Below are positions 13,952-22,260 of a DNA stretch of 64,000 bases, one piece after another. The stretch spans positions 512,001 to 576,000 of the forward strand of contig CAVVMW010000022.1 of NCBI GenBank assembly GCA_963749495.1, given 5' to 3'. Made by a program: the position numbers and the translations under genes. Each line of letters starts with the position of its first letter. Position 1 is the stretch's first letter. The notes under the pieces are model-generated. The model saw only the letters and a list, made by a program, of their open reading frames with translations, was not told the DNA's origin and searched no databases. This DNA is from an uncultured bacterium. GTDB taxonomy: Bacteria; Verrucomicrobiota; Verrucomicrobiia; Limisphaerales; UBA8199.

Positions 13952-14018
13952 ATGAGTAGTAATAAAAACAATTCTATTCATGAATCGGGCTGGACATTTT
14001 TGCGCGCGCCGCTAATAT
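13952..14018 (+). promoter_or_regulatory. putative operator and sigma70 promoter of the outer-membrane protein gene
   Basis: AT-rich imperfect inverted repeat ATGAGTAG-N14-CTATTCAT, then TGGACA-N16-TAATAT. Confidence 0.4.
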
Positions 14019-14153
14019 GCCGCCGTCCTCACTGAAAGCGGCTGTTGGCCCTGCTGGATCCGCTTGTCAGTGGGCAGACTGAACAACCTGAACCAAACAA
14101 CCAGGCCTGAGGGCGCCGGTCAGAGGCGCCTCCGGCCAATTTTGAGCCAACTC

Positions 14154-15728
14154 ATGACGACTAAAGCCCTGGCACCTGCCCTCTGTTCCCTGGCTGTCGC
14201 TCTGCTGACAGCCCAGGCCCAAACCAACCAAACTGCGGCGGCCGAACAGCCCACCCTCAGTTCGACCGAGCAGCTTATTCAGGACATCAAAAACCCCGCC
14301 CCGTGGCTAAGCTGGGGCGGCAACCTCCGCTTCCGCAACGAGTACTTCAACAACGGCCTTAGCCTGACGACCGATCCGAAGGTGAGCGGGCTTTTTGGCC
14401 CGGTCCACGAGCAGGACTACTTCCGCTTCCGCGGCCGCGTCTGGGGCAGCTACAAGCCCACCGAAGACCTCAGCCTGAACGTCCGTCTGGCGGCTGAGCC
14501 GCGCGAGTTCATGAAGGCGCCGACCTTCGACACCTTTTTTGGCGGCGCCCCGTTTAACCAACGAGGCATGCAGTCGCGCTACGGGATTCTCGACACCCTC
14601 AATATCCAATGGAAAAAGCCCCTGGACCTGCCCGTGACCGTGACGCTTGGCCGCCAGGACGTCTTCCTGGGCGACGGCTGGCTGGTGGGCGACGGCACCC
14701 CCAACGACGGCTCCTTCACCTTCTTCGTCGATGCCGCCCGGCTGACCGTGGACCTCAAGGACCAGCACACCACCATCGATGCCATCGGGCTGGCCGAGTT
14801 TGCCCGGGCGGATGCCTGGCTGCCGACTATCGGCCAGTCCACCACCGCCGGCTCCTACCCGGAACCCTTGAGCCTAACCGATCAAAACGAAAAAGGCGCC
14901 ATCCTCTGGGTCGCCAACAAGAGCATCCCGGCCGCCAACTTCGACGGTTACTTCATCTACAAACACGACACTCGCATCAACGATTCTCCGTCCCTGCTCT
15001 TCGGAGATAATGCCAATATCTACACCGTCGGTGGCCGGGTCTCCGGCGTGCTGCAGGACCACTGGAAATACTCTGCCGAGGGCGCCTATCAGTTCGGTCA
15101 GAAACAAGATAACTTCCTCAACGTCAACGGCGCCAACCCCCTCCTGGCCGCGGGTGCCCAGACCACCGGTTTCCGCGACATCAGCGCCTTTGGCGTCAAC
15201 AGCAAGCTCACTTACCTGCTCAAGGACAATCTGAACACCCAAGTGGGCCTGAGCTACGAATTTCTTTCCGGCGATGACCCCAACTCGAAGAATGACGAGA
15301 TGTTCGACGTCCTCTGGGGCCGCTGGCCGCGCTGGAGCGAAATGTATAACATCTACAGCTACGTTCAAGAAACCCGTGTCGGCCAAACCGCCAACCTCCA
15401 TCGCATCGGTCCGACCGTGACCCTCGATCCCATCAAGGACATGAACTTGAGCGCCAGCTACTTCGTCTTGCTGGCCAACCAGGCGGTGGCGACCCGATCC
15501 GAGTATCTGGCGGGTCCCGCCCTCGGTCTGCCCATCGGGGCCCTGGGGCACCCCTTTAGCAATGACAATGGCATTTTCCGCGGCCACTACTTCCAGGCCG
15601 TGCTCAAATACAAATTCAGCCAGCACCTGAGCGGCCACCTCTGGGGCGAAGTTGTCCTCCCCGGCGATTACTACACCAGCCGGGACATGATGACCTTCCT
15701 GCGCGCCGAGATCATGCTCACGTTCTAG
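14154..15728 (+). CDS. alginate export family-like outer-membrane beta-barrel protein
   Basis: Signal peptide; RFRGRVWG, GRQDVFLGDGWLVGDG, YEFLSGDDP; C-terminal Phe. Confidence 0.8.
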   Translation: MTTKALAPALCSLAVALLTAQAQTNQTAAAEQPTLSSTEQLIQDIKNPAPWLSWGGNLRFRNEYFNNGLSLTTDPKVSGLFGPVHEQDYFRFRGRVWGSYKPTEDLSLNVRLAAEPREFMKAPTFDTFFGGAPFNQRGMQSRYGILDTLNIQWKKPLDLPVTVTLGRQDVFLGDGWLVGDGTPNDGSFTFFVDAARLTVDLKDQHTTIDAIGLAEFARADAWLPTIGQSTTAGSYPEPLSLTDQNEKGAILWVANKSIPAANFDGYFIYKHDTRINDSPSLLFGDNANIYTVGGRVSGVLQDHWKYSAEGAYQFGQKQDNFLNVNGANPLLAAGAQTTGFRDISAFGVNSKLTYLLKDNLNTQVGLSYEFLSGDDPNSKNDEMFDVLWGRWPRWSEMYNIYSYVQETRVGQTANLHRIGPTVTLDPIKDMNLSASYFVLLANQAVATRSEYLAGPALGLPIGALGHPFSNDNGIFRGHYFQAVLKYKFSQHLSGHLWGEVVLPGDYYTSRDMMTFLRAEIMLTF

Positions 15729-15869
15729 GGCTTTGGCGTCCGCCCGTCCTCGGGCTTGCAGCCCGAGGACCGGCCCACCCCGGCGGGAGTGGCCGGATGC
15801 GCCCGGTGTAAGGAGGAGCGCAACAAATGTATGGCGATCTCGGGCGCGCCACATTATTGTTTTGTGGCT

Positions 15870-17244
15870 ATGACGTTGACTGAGAAGGTGCTCGCCCGCG
15901 CGGCCGGCAAGGCGCGCGTAGAGGCGGGAGACAACATCTGGGTGAAGGCAGACGTGCTCATGACGCACGACGTGTGCGGCCCGGGCACGATCGGCGTCTT
16001 CAAACGCGAATTCGGCCCCGACGCCCGCGTTTGGGACCGCCGCAAAGTGGTCATCATCCCGGACCACTACATCTTCACTGCCGATGCCAAATCGAACCGG
16101 AACGTGGACCTCCTGCGCGATTTCGTGAAGGAGCAGGGCATCGTGTATTTCTACGATGTGATTGACGAGCCGGGCGGGCACTGGGTGTTTGACCCCGCCA
16201 AGGGCCCCCTCCGGCGCCAGCACGGCGCCCGCTATGCCGGCGTCTGCCACACCGCCCTGCCCGAAAAGGGCCACACCCGGCCCGGCGAGGTCCTCTTTGG
16301 CACCGACTCGCACACCTGCATGGCGGGGGCCTTCAACGAGTTTGCCACGGGCATTGGCAATACCGATGCGGGCTTTGTGCTGGGCACCGGCAAGCTCCTG
16401 CTCAAGGTGCCCCAGACGATGCACTTCCGGCTGGAGGGCAAACTGGCTCCGGGCGTCATGGCCAAGGACATCATCCTGCACTGCATCGGCGAGATCGGCT
16501 TCGACGGCGCCACCTACCGCGCCCTCCAGTTCGACGGCCCCGGGGCCGCCGGCCTGGGCCTGGACGACCGCATGACCATCGCCAACATGGCCATCGAAGC
16601 CGGCGGCAAAAACGCGATCTTCGAGTTCGACGCCAAGACCCAGGCCCTCGTCGAGCAGCGCTGCAAGCTCAACGGCACCCAGACCGGCTACGAGCCGGTC
16701 ACGCGCGACCGGAAAGAGAAGTTCGTCTATGAGACGGTGCTCGATTTGTCGAGGCTCGAAGCCGACCGTGGCCTGCCATCCGGACCCGGGCCAGCGCCGG
16801 CTGGCCAGGGAATTGGGCGAGATCAAGCTGGACCGCGCTTACCTGGGGTCGTGTACCGGCGGCAAGACCAGCGATTTCGTCGAGTTCGCCCGCATCCTCC
16901 GGGGCCGGCACGTGGCCATCGACACCTTCGGCGTGCCCGCCACGCCGGAGATCGTCCACGACCTGCAATCGGCCCGATGGGACGGCCAGACGATTTGGGA
17001 GGTCTTGCTCGCCGCCGGGGTGCAGATGACCGAGAACGCCGGGTGCGCCGCCTGCCTGGGCGGCCCGTTGGACACCTTTGGCCGGATGAATGCCCCCCTC
17101 AAGTGCATCAGCGCCACCAACCGCAATTTCCCCGGGCGCATGGGCCACAAGGATTCCCAGGTCTTCCTGGCCTCCCCCGCCACCGTGGCAGCCAGCGCCC
17201 TCACGGGCCGGATTACCGACCCGCGGGAGTATTTGCCGGCGTAG
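15870..17244 (+). CDS. leuC: 3-isopropylmalate dehydratase/homoaconitase-family large subunit, +1 frameshift at ~16760
   Basis: THDVCGPG, PDHY, GTDSHTC in one frame; GSCTGG, CAACLGG, TNRNFPGRMG in a second frame; removing one A in CTCGAAGCCG restores RLEPTVA. Confidence 0.85.
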
Positions 17245-17317
17245 CGCGGGCCGCTGGTGTCAATAAGCATGCCGGACCCCTCCGCGGCCTTGGCCCCAGG
17301 GGAATGTGCCCCGGCGA

Positions 17318-17698
17318 TTACGGGGACTTGGGCAGGTAAACGATGCGGTTCTGCCAGTCCCACGCGCTGCCCTCGTTTTGCCAAAAGCTGGTCAACAATC
17401 GGGACTGGTGGCCGTAATCCGTGCTGCGGACGATTCCGCGAAAGATAATCAGTCCGGCATGGTTTTGCCCGGCGCGAAGCAGTTGCCCCGCATGCCAAGC
17501 GAGTGTGGTGCGGTCGAAAGCCACGAGCACGAGCCGGGCTGCCGCGCAACAAATCAACAAAGCCGTGTCTTCCAGGCCCAACCAGATGCCATTTTCCCAA
17601 GTGGCAATGTGGATGATGGGGAAATCCGGGACCAGACGCCGGCACGCCGAAGCCAGCCGATGCGAGGTGTTTTCGTCAGCCAACAACCGGAAGGTCGT
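17318..17698 (-). CDS. DUF5615 family PIN-like toxin (VapC45-like)
   Basis: FRLLADEN...GLEDTALL...LVAFD...HAGLI; expected start position is ACG behind AAGGAG. Confidence 0.75.
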   Translation of the reverse strand, partial: TTFRLLADENTSHRLASACRRLVPDFPIIHIATWENGIWLGLEDTALLICCAAARLVLVAFDRTTLAWHAGQLLRAGQNHAGLIIFRGIVRSTDYGHQSRLLTSFWQNEGSAWDWQNRIVYLPKSP

Positions 17699-18053
17699 GC
17701 CGCTCTCCTTCCTGGGATCGGCGGATCTCTTCGGGGAATGCTTTGGCATAGGCGAGGGCGCGCTTTACAAGGACCGACGCCCAATGGAAATGCTCGGCGG
17801 TCTTGCCAACGGCCTTGAGTTCTTCGTAAACGTCCACGATCTCCCAAACGGCCACGCGATGGCCGCTCAAATAGGCCTCACGCCCGGACAAGGAATCGCG
17901 GAAGGCGATGCCGGGAAACTCGCTTTCGAGCGACTTCTCCATGACGTAGCGCGCGACCAGGTTGCTCTTGGAAGTCCTGGCGGCCCGCGCCTGCTTCACC
18001 ACGAGTCGCTCGTACCTCAGAGGCACCCGGCCGGAGACGTATGCTGTGCTCAT
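17676..18053 (-). CDS. DUF433-type antitoxin
   Basis: FPGIAFRD..GREAYLSGHRVAVWEIV...ALAYAKAFPEEI; overlaps the toxin 5' end. Confidence 0.75.
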   Translation of the reverse strand: MSTAYVSGRVPLRYERLVVKQARAARTSKSNLVARYVMEKSLESEFPGIAFRDSLSGREAYLSGHRVAVWEIVDVYEELKAVGKTAEHFHWASVLVKRALAYAKAFPEEIRRSQEGERHDLPVVG

Positions 18054-18086
18054 CTGGTCAGATCCTTGTGCGCAGTCTGCACAAAG

Positions 18087-19313
18087 TCAAGCGGAATGCC
18101 TGAACCAACCCAACTGTTGGCGGTGAGTCACGTAGAGCAGGCCCAGGATGCGCATGCCCACGGTAACGAGGTAGAGGTAGAGGAAGCTGGAAATCAGGCT
18201 CGGCAGCAGCGGCACCGGTATCCACCGGCCCAGGGCGCCCTCGGCAAACGAGTGCAGCGCCAGCACGACTTCAAAGGCCGCCGCCGCCGCCAGGTACGGG
18301 ATGGGGATGCGCGCGATGGAGGCCGTCAGGGCGATCGGATTCAGGGCCGCCACCGTGTCAAACATGGCCAGGGCCAGCATCCCCATCGGCGCCAGCAAGG
18401 CGCCATAGCCCAGCGCGGCCAGGGCGACAAGTCGGGCCTGGGTCTCGGTCCCGGGGCGCCACAGGCCCAGGACGTAAAAGGGGCCGAAGGTGAGCACCGT
18501 GAGCGCGAGAAACTGTAAGTAGGGCAGGATGAAGCCCTCTATCCAATCGGTGAACTCCGGCCAGTCCGGCGGTTCATCCCGGCCGCCGGCGGTGGTGGTG
18601 ATGATGCTCTTGGCGTAGTTGAACAGGTAGCCGGCAACTATGAAGCCCAGGAAGGGCAGGCGGCCCAGGAGGAAGAAAAATGCCGTGCCTGCCGCCAACA
18701 GGATGACCCCGCTCCCGCGGAACGGATAAGCGAGAGCCCTGGGCAGAGATGCGTAGAAGCCGGGCGGGGCCGCTGCGGCGGGAACGGACGCCTGCACGGC
18801 TTCACACTCCGTGCCGCATGCACGGCAGAACTTCCGTGCCTCGCCCTCCACTAACCTCGTAGTAACGCAGAGTTCGCACACGTTGCGCCCGCACTGCGGA
18901 CAGGCAAACCGGCCGGGTATCTGCGGATGAAACTTGCAAAAGGCACTCCGCGCGGAGACTGGAGGCGGAGACTCTGTCAGCCGAGGGGCGACCGGGGGCC
19001 CCGCCGCGGCGGGCTCGGCTTGCACCTCATCCGACTCAAACCGCATGGCAATCTCTCCCAGCCGGACCACCTGGCCTTGCTTGAGTTGCGCCTCTTCGAC
19101 CAATTCGTCATCAATGAAGGTGCCGGAAGTCGAGCCCAGGTCCTGGATCCACACCCCGGAGTCCGAGACAGTGATCCGGCAATGGGAGTGCGAGACCGAA
19201 GGGTGTTCGATGGGATAATCGTTCTCCTGGCCCCGGCCTAGCAGGAGGGTCCCTGGCTCAAGCTCGATCTGCCAGGACTCAGGGGTCCCGGGATTGACTA
19301 CCAAACACGGCAT
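18087..19313 (-). CDS. FHA domain + B-box-like Zn finger + membrane domain (DUF4013-like) protein
   Basis: LGR...SVSHSHC...DLGSTSGT (FHA); CKFHP..CPQCGRNVCELC...CRACG; several TM helices with PDWP. Confidence 0.8.
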   Translation of the reverse strand: MPCLVVNPGTPESWQIELEPGTLLLGRGQENDYPIEHPSVSHSHCRITVSDSGVWIQDLGSTSGTFIDDELVEEAQLKQGQVVRLGEIAMRFESDEVQAEPAAAGPPVAPRLTESPPPVSARSAFCKFHPQIPGRFACPQCGRNVCELCVTTRLVEGEARKFCRACGTECEAVQASVPAAAAPPGFYASLPRALAYPFRGSGVILLAAGTAFFFLLGRLPFLGFIVAGYLFNYAKSIITTTAGGRDEPPDWPEFTDWIEGFILPYLQFLALTVLTFGPFYVLGLWRPGTETQARLVALAALGYGALLAPMGMLALAMFDTVAALNPIALTASIARIPIPYLAAAAAFEVVLALHSFAEGALGRWIPVPLLPSLISSFLYLYLVTVGMRILGLLYVTHRQQLGWFRHSA

Positions 19314-19458
19314 AGTCGTCCGACCTGTCGGGGCGATGATGGATCAATTGGCGGCGGCGGCCAACTACAATCCCCCGCGCCCTTTGGAGCCGGGTGTGAG
19401 ACAAAATTCTTCTCGGACCTCCGGATCGCAACTCTCAGAGCCGATCTGGGTCTTCGAG

Positions 19459-19548
19459 CCTTCGTTTCCTTCGTTTCCTTCTGTTCTCTTCCTGCATCCC
19501 GCCGGCTGGGCACAGGAACAGAACAGAAGGAAACGAAGGAAACGAAGA
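19459..19548. repeat. inverted 9-bp tandem repeat arms (CCTTCGTTT)n/(GAAACGAAG)n
   Basis: Directly visible hairpin. Confidence 0.75.
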
Positions 19549-19726
19549 TGCGGCCTGATGCGGCGGCATCAACCGGGTCCGTGGGGTTAGGCTCCGGCGG
19601 CCCGTTGGGCCGCGACGGGGCGCACTGAGGTTGCCAGGCGCTTGACCGCAAGCAACGCTCACGCCATCATTCTCCCATGATTGCCCATATCTACGGCCGG
19701 GGCCAAATGGTGATTCCCGCCACGTT

Positions 19727-20428
19727 ATGAAGATCGTTTTATTTGGCGTTAGCGGCCTCAAGCCCGGCAAGCACAATTTGAAAGACCCCCGGTTCGACCA
19801 GGCGGATGCGCTGGTCGAGGCGGACAAGAAGACCTACGCGCAGGTGGACGTGCTGGGGGAGGACCAATTGGCGGATGCGGACGCGATCCTGGCCACAGGC
19901 GAGGGCAAGGTGGACCTCATCCTTAGGGACCTGGAGTTTGTCGAGACGCGGCTGGGGCGCGAGCCGCAGCCCGGGGAGCGGGCCGTGCTGGAGAAGCTCA
20001 AGGCCGGGCTCGAGGGCGAGCAGTTCATTCGGGACACGGCCTTGGACCCTGCCGAAGTCCAGGCGGTGGCCGCCCACAGCTTTTGCACCCACAAACCGGT
20101 GGTCGTGGCCTCGCCCGAGGAACTGCAGCACCCCGATGCGCTGCTGCTCAGGGCCTTCCGGGAAGGCGGCTACATCTGCTTCCTGACCGTGGGCGGCAAG
20201 GAGAACCGGGCCTGGCCGGTTCGCAAGGGCGTGACTGCCTGGGAGGCGGCCGGCGTGATTCACACCGATATGCAGAAAGGCTTCATCCGCGCCGAGATCA
20301 TCAGCTTTGCCGATTTCATCGCCGCCGGCGGCGAGACCCAGGCCAAGCGCGCCGGCAAACAGCGGCTGGAGACCAAACAATACGTCGTGCAGGACTACGA
20401 CCTGGCCAATTTCAGGTTCAACAGGTAA
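19727..20428 (+). CDS. DUF933 (YchF C-terminal TGS) protein; shortened YchF lacking G-motifs
   Basis: FLTVGGKENRAW..KGVTAWEAAGVIHTDMQKGFIRAEII...YVVQDYD; only 233 aa; no GxxxxGKS. Confidence 0.85.
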   Translation: MKIVLFGVSGLKPGKHNLKDPRFDQADALVEADKKTYAQVDVLGEDQLADADAILATGEGKVDLILRDLEFVETRLGREPQPGERAVLEKLKAGLEGEQFIRDTALDPAEVQAVAAHSFCTHKPVVVASPEELQHPDALLLRAFREGGYICFLTVGGKENRAWPVRKGVTAWEAAGVIHTDMQKGFIRAEIISFADFIAAGGETQAKRAGKQRLETKQYVVQDYDLANFRFNR

Positions 20429-20460
20429 GGGAGAGCCTGCTGCAAGAGCGCTACGAGCGC

Positions 20461-20545
20461 GGACCTTTGTCGCAGCCTTTGTCGCAGCCTTTGCCGGGTT
20501 GGCTATGCCTCGACAAAGGCCGCGACAAAGGTTGCGACAAAGGTC
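20461..20545. repeat. repeat family D, inverted (CTTTGTCGCAGC)n/(CGACAAAGG)n
   Basis: Also at 36161-36234 and 40395-40480. Confidence 0.8.
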
Positions 20546-20564
20546 TGGCATCGGCGCTTCCACG

Positions 20565-21175
20565 TTAATCCTGCACGCCGCTCTTTGGGTTGCCTCTGCC
20601 CGGCACGATCCGCTCGAGCTGCGCGGCATGGATGTCCAGGCCGCTCTCCGTCCAGACGACGTAGTCGGCGCGGGCCATTTTTTGCTCGACGGGCCACTGG
20701 GCGCGGAGGCGCTGCTCGGTCTGGAGAGGGGTCCAGCCGCGGGCCAGCAGGCGCCGGCGCTGGGTGGCCGCCGAACAGGCGACACAGATGGTTGCGTCGA
20801 GTTCCGCCTCGGCGCCGGTCTCGAACAGGAGCGGGATGATCACGACGGCCCAGGGGAGCGACTGGTTGCGCCAAGCCCCGAGTGGGCCCTCCAAAGCGCC
20901 CGGATCGGCGGGTGGAGAATCGCCTCGAGTTGTCCGAGGGCCGCGGGCTCGGCAAAGACGCGGCGCGCCAGTTCCCCGCGGCGCAGGCGGCCATCCGGGC
21001 CGACCATCTGCGGGCCGAAGCATTGGCGGACCTGCTCCAGCGCCGGCTGCCCCGGTTCGACCACGCGGCGCGCCAGCTCATCGGTGTCCACCACCGCGAC
21101 GCCGCGCGAGCGGAGCAATTGGCCGGAGGCCGATTTGCCCATGCCCACCCCGCCAGTCAGGCCAAAGACGCGCAT
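20565..21175 (-). CDS. coaE: dephospho-CoA kinase, frameshifted near 20883
   Basis: GLTGGVGMGKS, VDTDELAR, LEAILHPPIR in one frame; IPLLFE...QRRRLLAR...AQWP in another. Confidence 0.88.
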
Positions 21176-21192
21176 CAAGCCCCTCCTAAGGC

Positions 21193-21403
21193 GTCAGTAA
21201 AGGTGGGAGCGGCGTGCCCGACAGACCCCTCACCCCGGCCCTCTCCCCTTCGGAAGGGGAGAGGGAGAATTCTCGGCAGCGGGTTCAGGAAGCGGAGACG
21301 AAGGAAGCTCCAGAGACTGCCGACGTGGCTCCCTCTCCCCTTCGGAAGGGGAGAGGGTTGGGGTGAGGGGTCCGCTGCGGGCTCAGCCTCCGCCTTTATG
21401 GAC
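21193..21403. repeat. palindromic repeat family A, full copy
   Basis: Two CCCTCTCCCCTTCGGAAGGGGAGAGGG hairpins bracketed by CCCTCACCCC/GGGGTGAGGG. Confidence 0.85.
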
Positions 21404-21425
21404 CGATTATAGCCTTTCGCGGCAT

Positions 21426-21884
21426 TCACTTGACGGTATTGAGCAAAGGCGCCAGGCCCTGGATGCGGACCTCCAGGCGGTCGCCGCAGGCAATCGGACC
21501 CACGCCGCCGGGCGTGCCGGTCAAGATGATGTCCCCCGGCAGCAGCGTCATGTTGGCCGAGATGAAACTGACCAGTTGATGGCAATTGAAAATGAGATGG
21601 CGGGTCGAGGAGTTCTGGCGCAACTGGCCGTTCTGAAAGAGTTGGACAGTCAGGTTGCGGGGATCGAGCTTGGTCTCCCGCGCATGATCCTCATAGTTCA
21701 ATCCCACCGCGATCACCTTCGAAGGAACCACCGGTGCGAGCGTCCTGACCCCCTTGAGCCGCAGCGGCCTCCGGTCAAAGGCGGGAGAGCCGAAGACATC
21801 GCCTCGCGCACAGTAGATCTCCCCGTCAACCACCTTTCCGTAGAAGATCTCGGCGCCCTTCTGAAATCGCCCAATTGCTGCCAT
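21426..21884 (-). pseudogene. fumarylacetoacetate hydrolase family gene with in-frame internal deletion
   Basis: PSKVIAVGLNYEDHARE joined directly to TKLDPRNL...PGDIILTGTPGGVG; the central FxK/DYEGEL/NDVTARD/AK segment is absent. Confidence 0.75.
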
Positions 21885-22007
21885 AAAGTCGGTTTCTCGT
21901 AAATTGCGGTCCAGGAGTATCCCAGACTCCAGGCCCAAGTGTCGAGTGTAGAAATGGGTGCCATTGAAAGCGGGGCGCACGACCGATTTCTTCGAGCGCC
22001 CATCCTG

Positions 22008-22225
22008 CCGCCTAAAGGCGGCGTTCCGGTTGGCTGCGGAACGCCGCCTTAGGCGGCAGCGAAGAATTCTGTCCTGCGCCCTTGAAAGCGCCGGGCAGGC
22101 GCCTCGGGAGTTTTGTCCCGGAGGGACATCTGTTATGTGAAGCTTCACATAACACATGACAATCGCCCGGCGTTTCAACGCCGGGAAGGCCACAAAGGGG
22201 ACCCTCGTCCTGAAGGGACGGCTGA
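22008..22225. repeat. palindromic REP-like elements
   Basis: CCGCCTAAAGGCGGCGTTCCG...CGGAACGCCGCCTTAGGCGG; CCCGGCGTTTCAACGCCGGG; CGTCCTGAAGGGACG. Confidence 0.65.
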
Positions 22226-22260
22226 GAGCACTCCTTGCGTCCCTCGCCCCTCGCCCCTTT

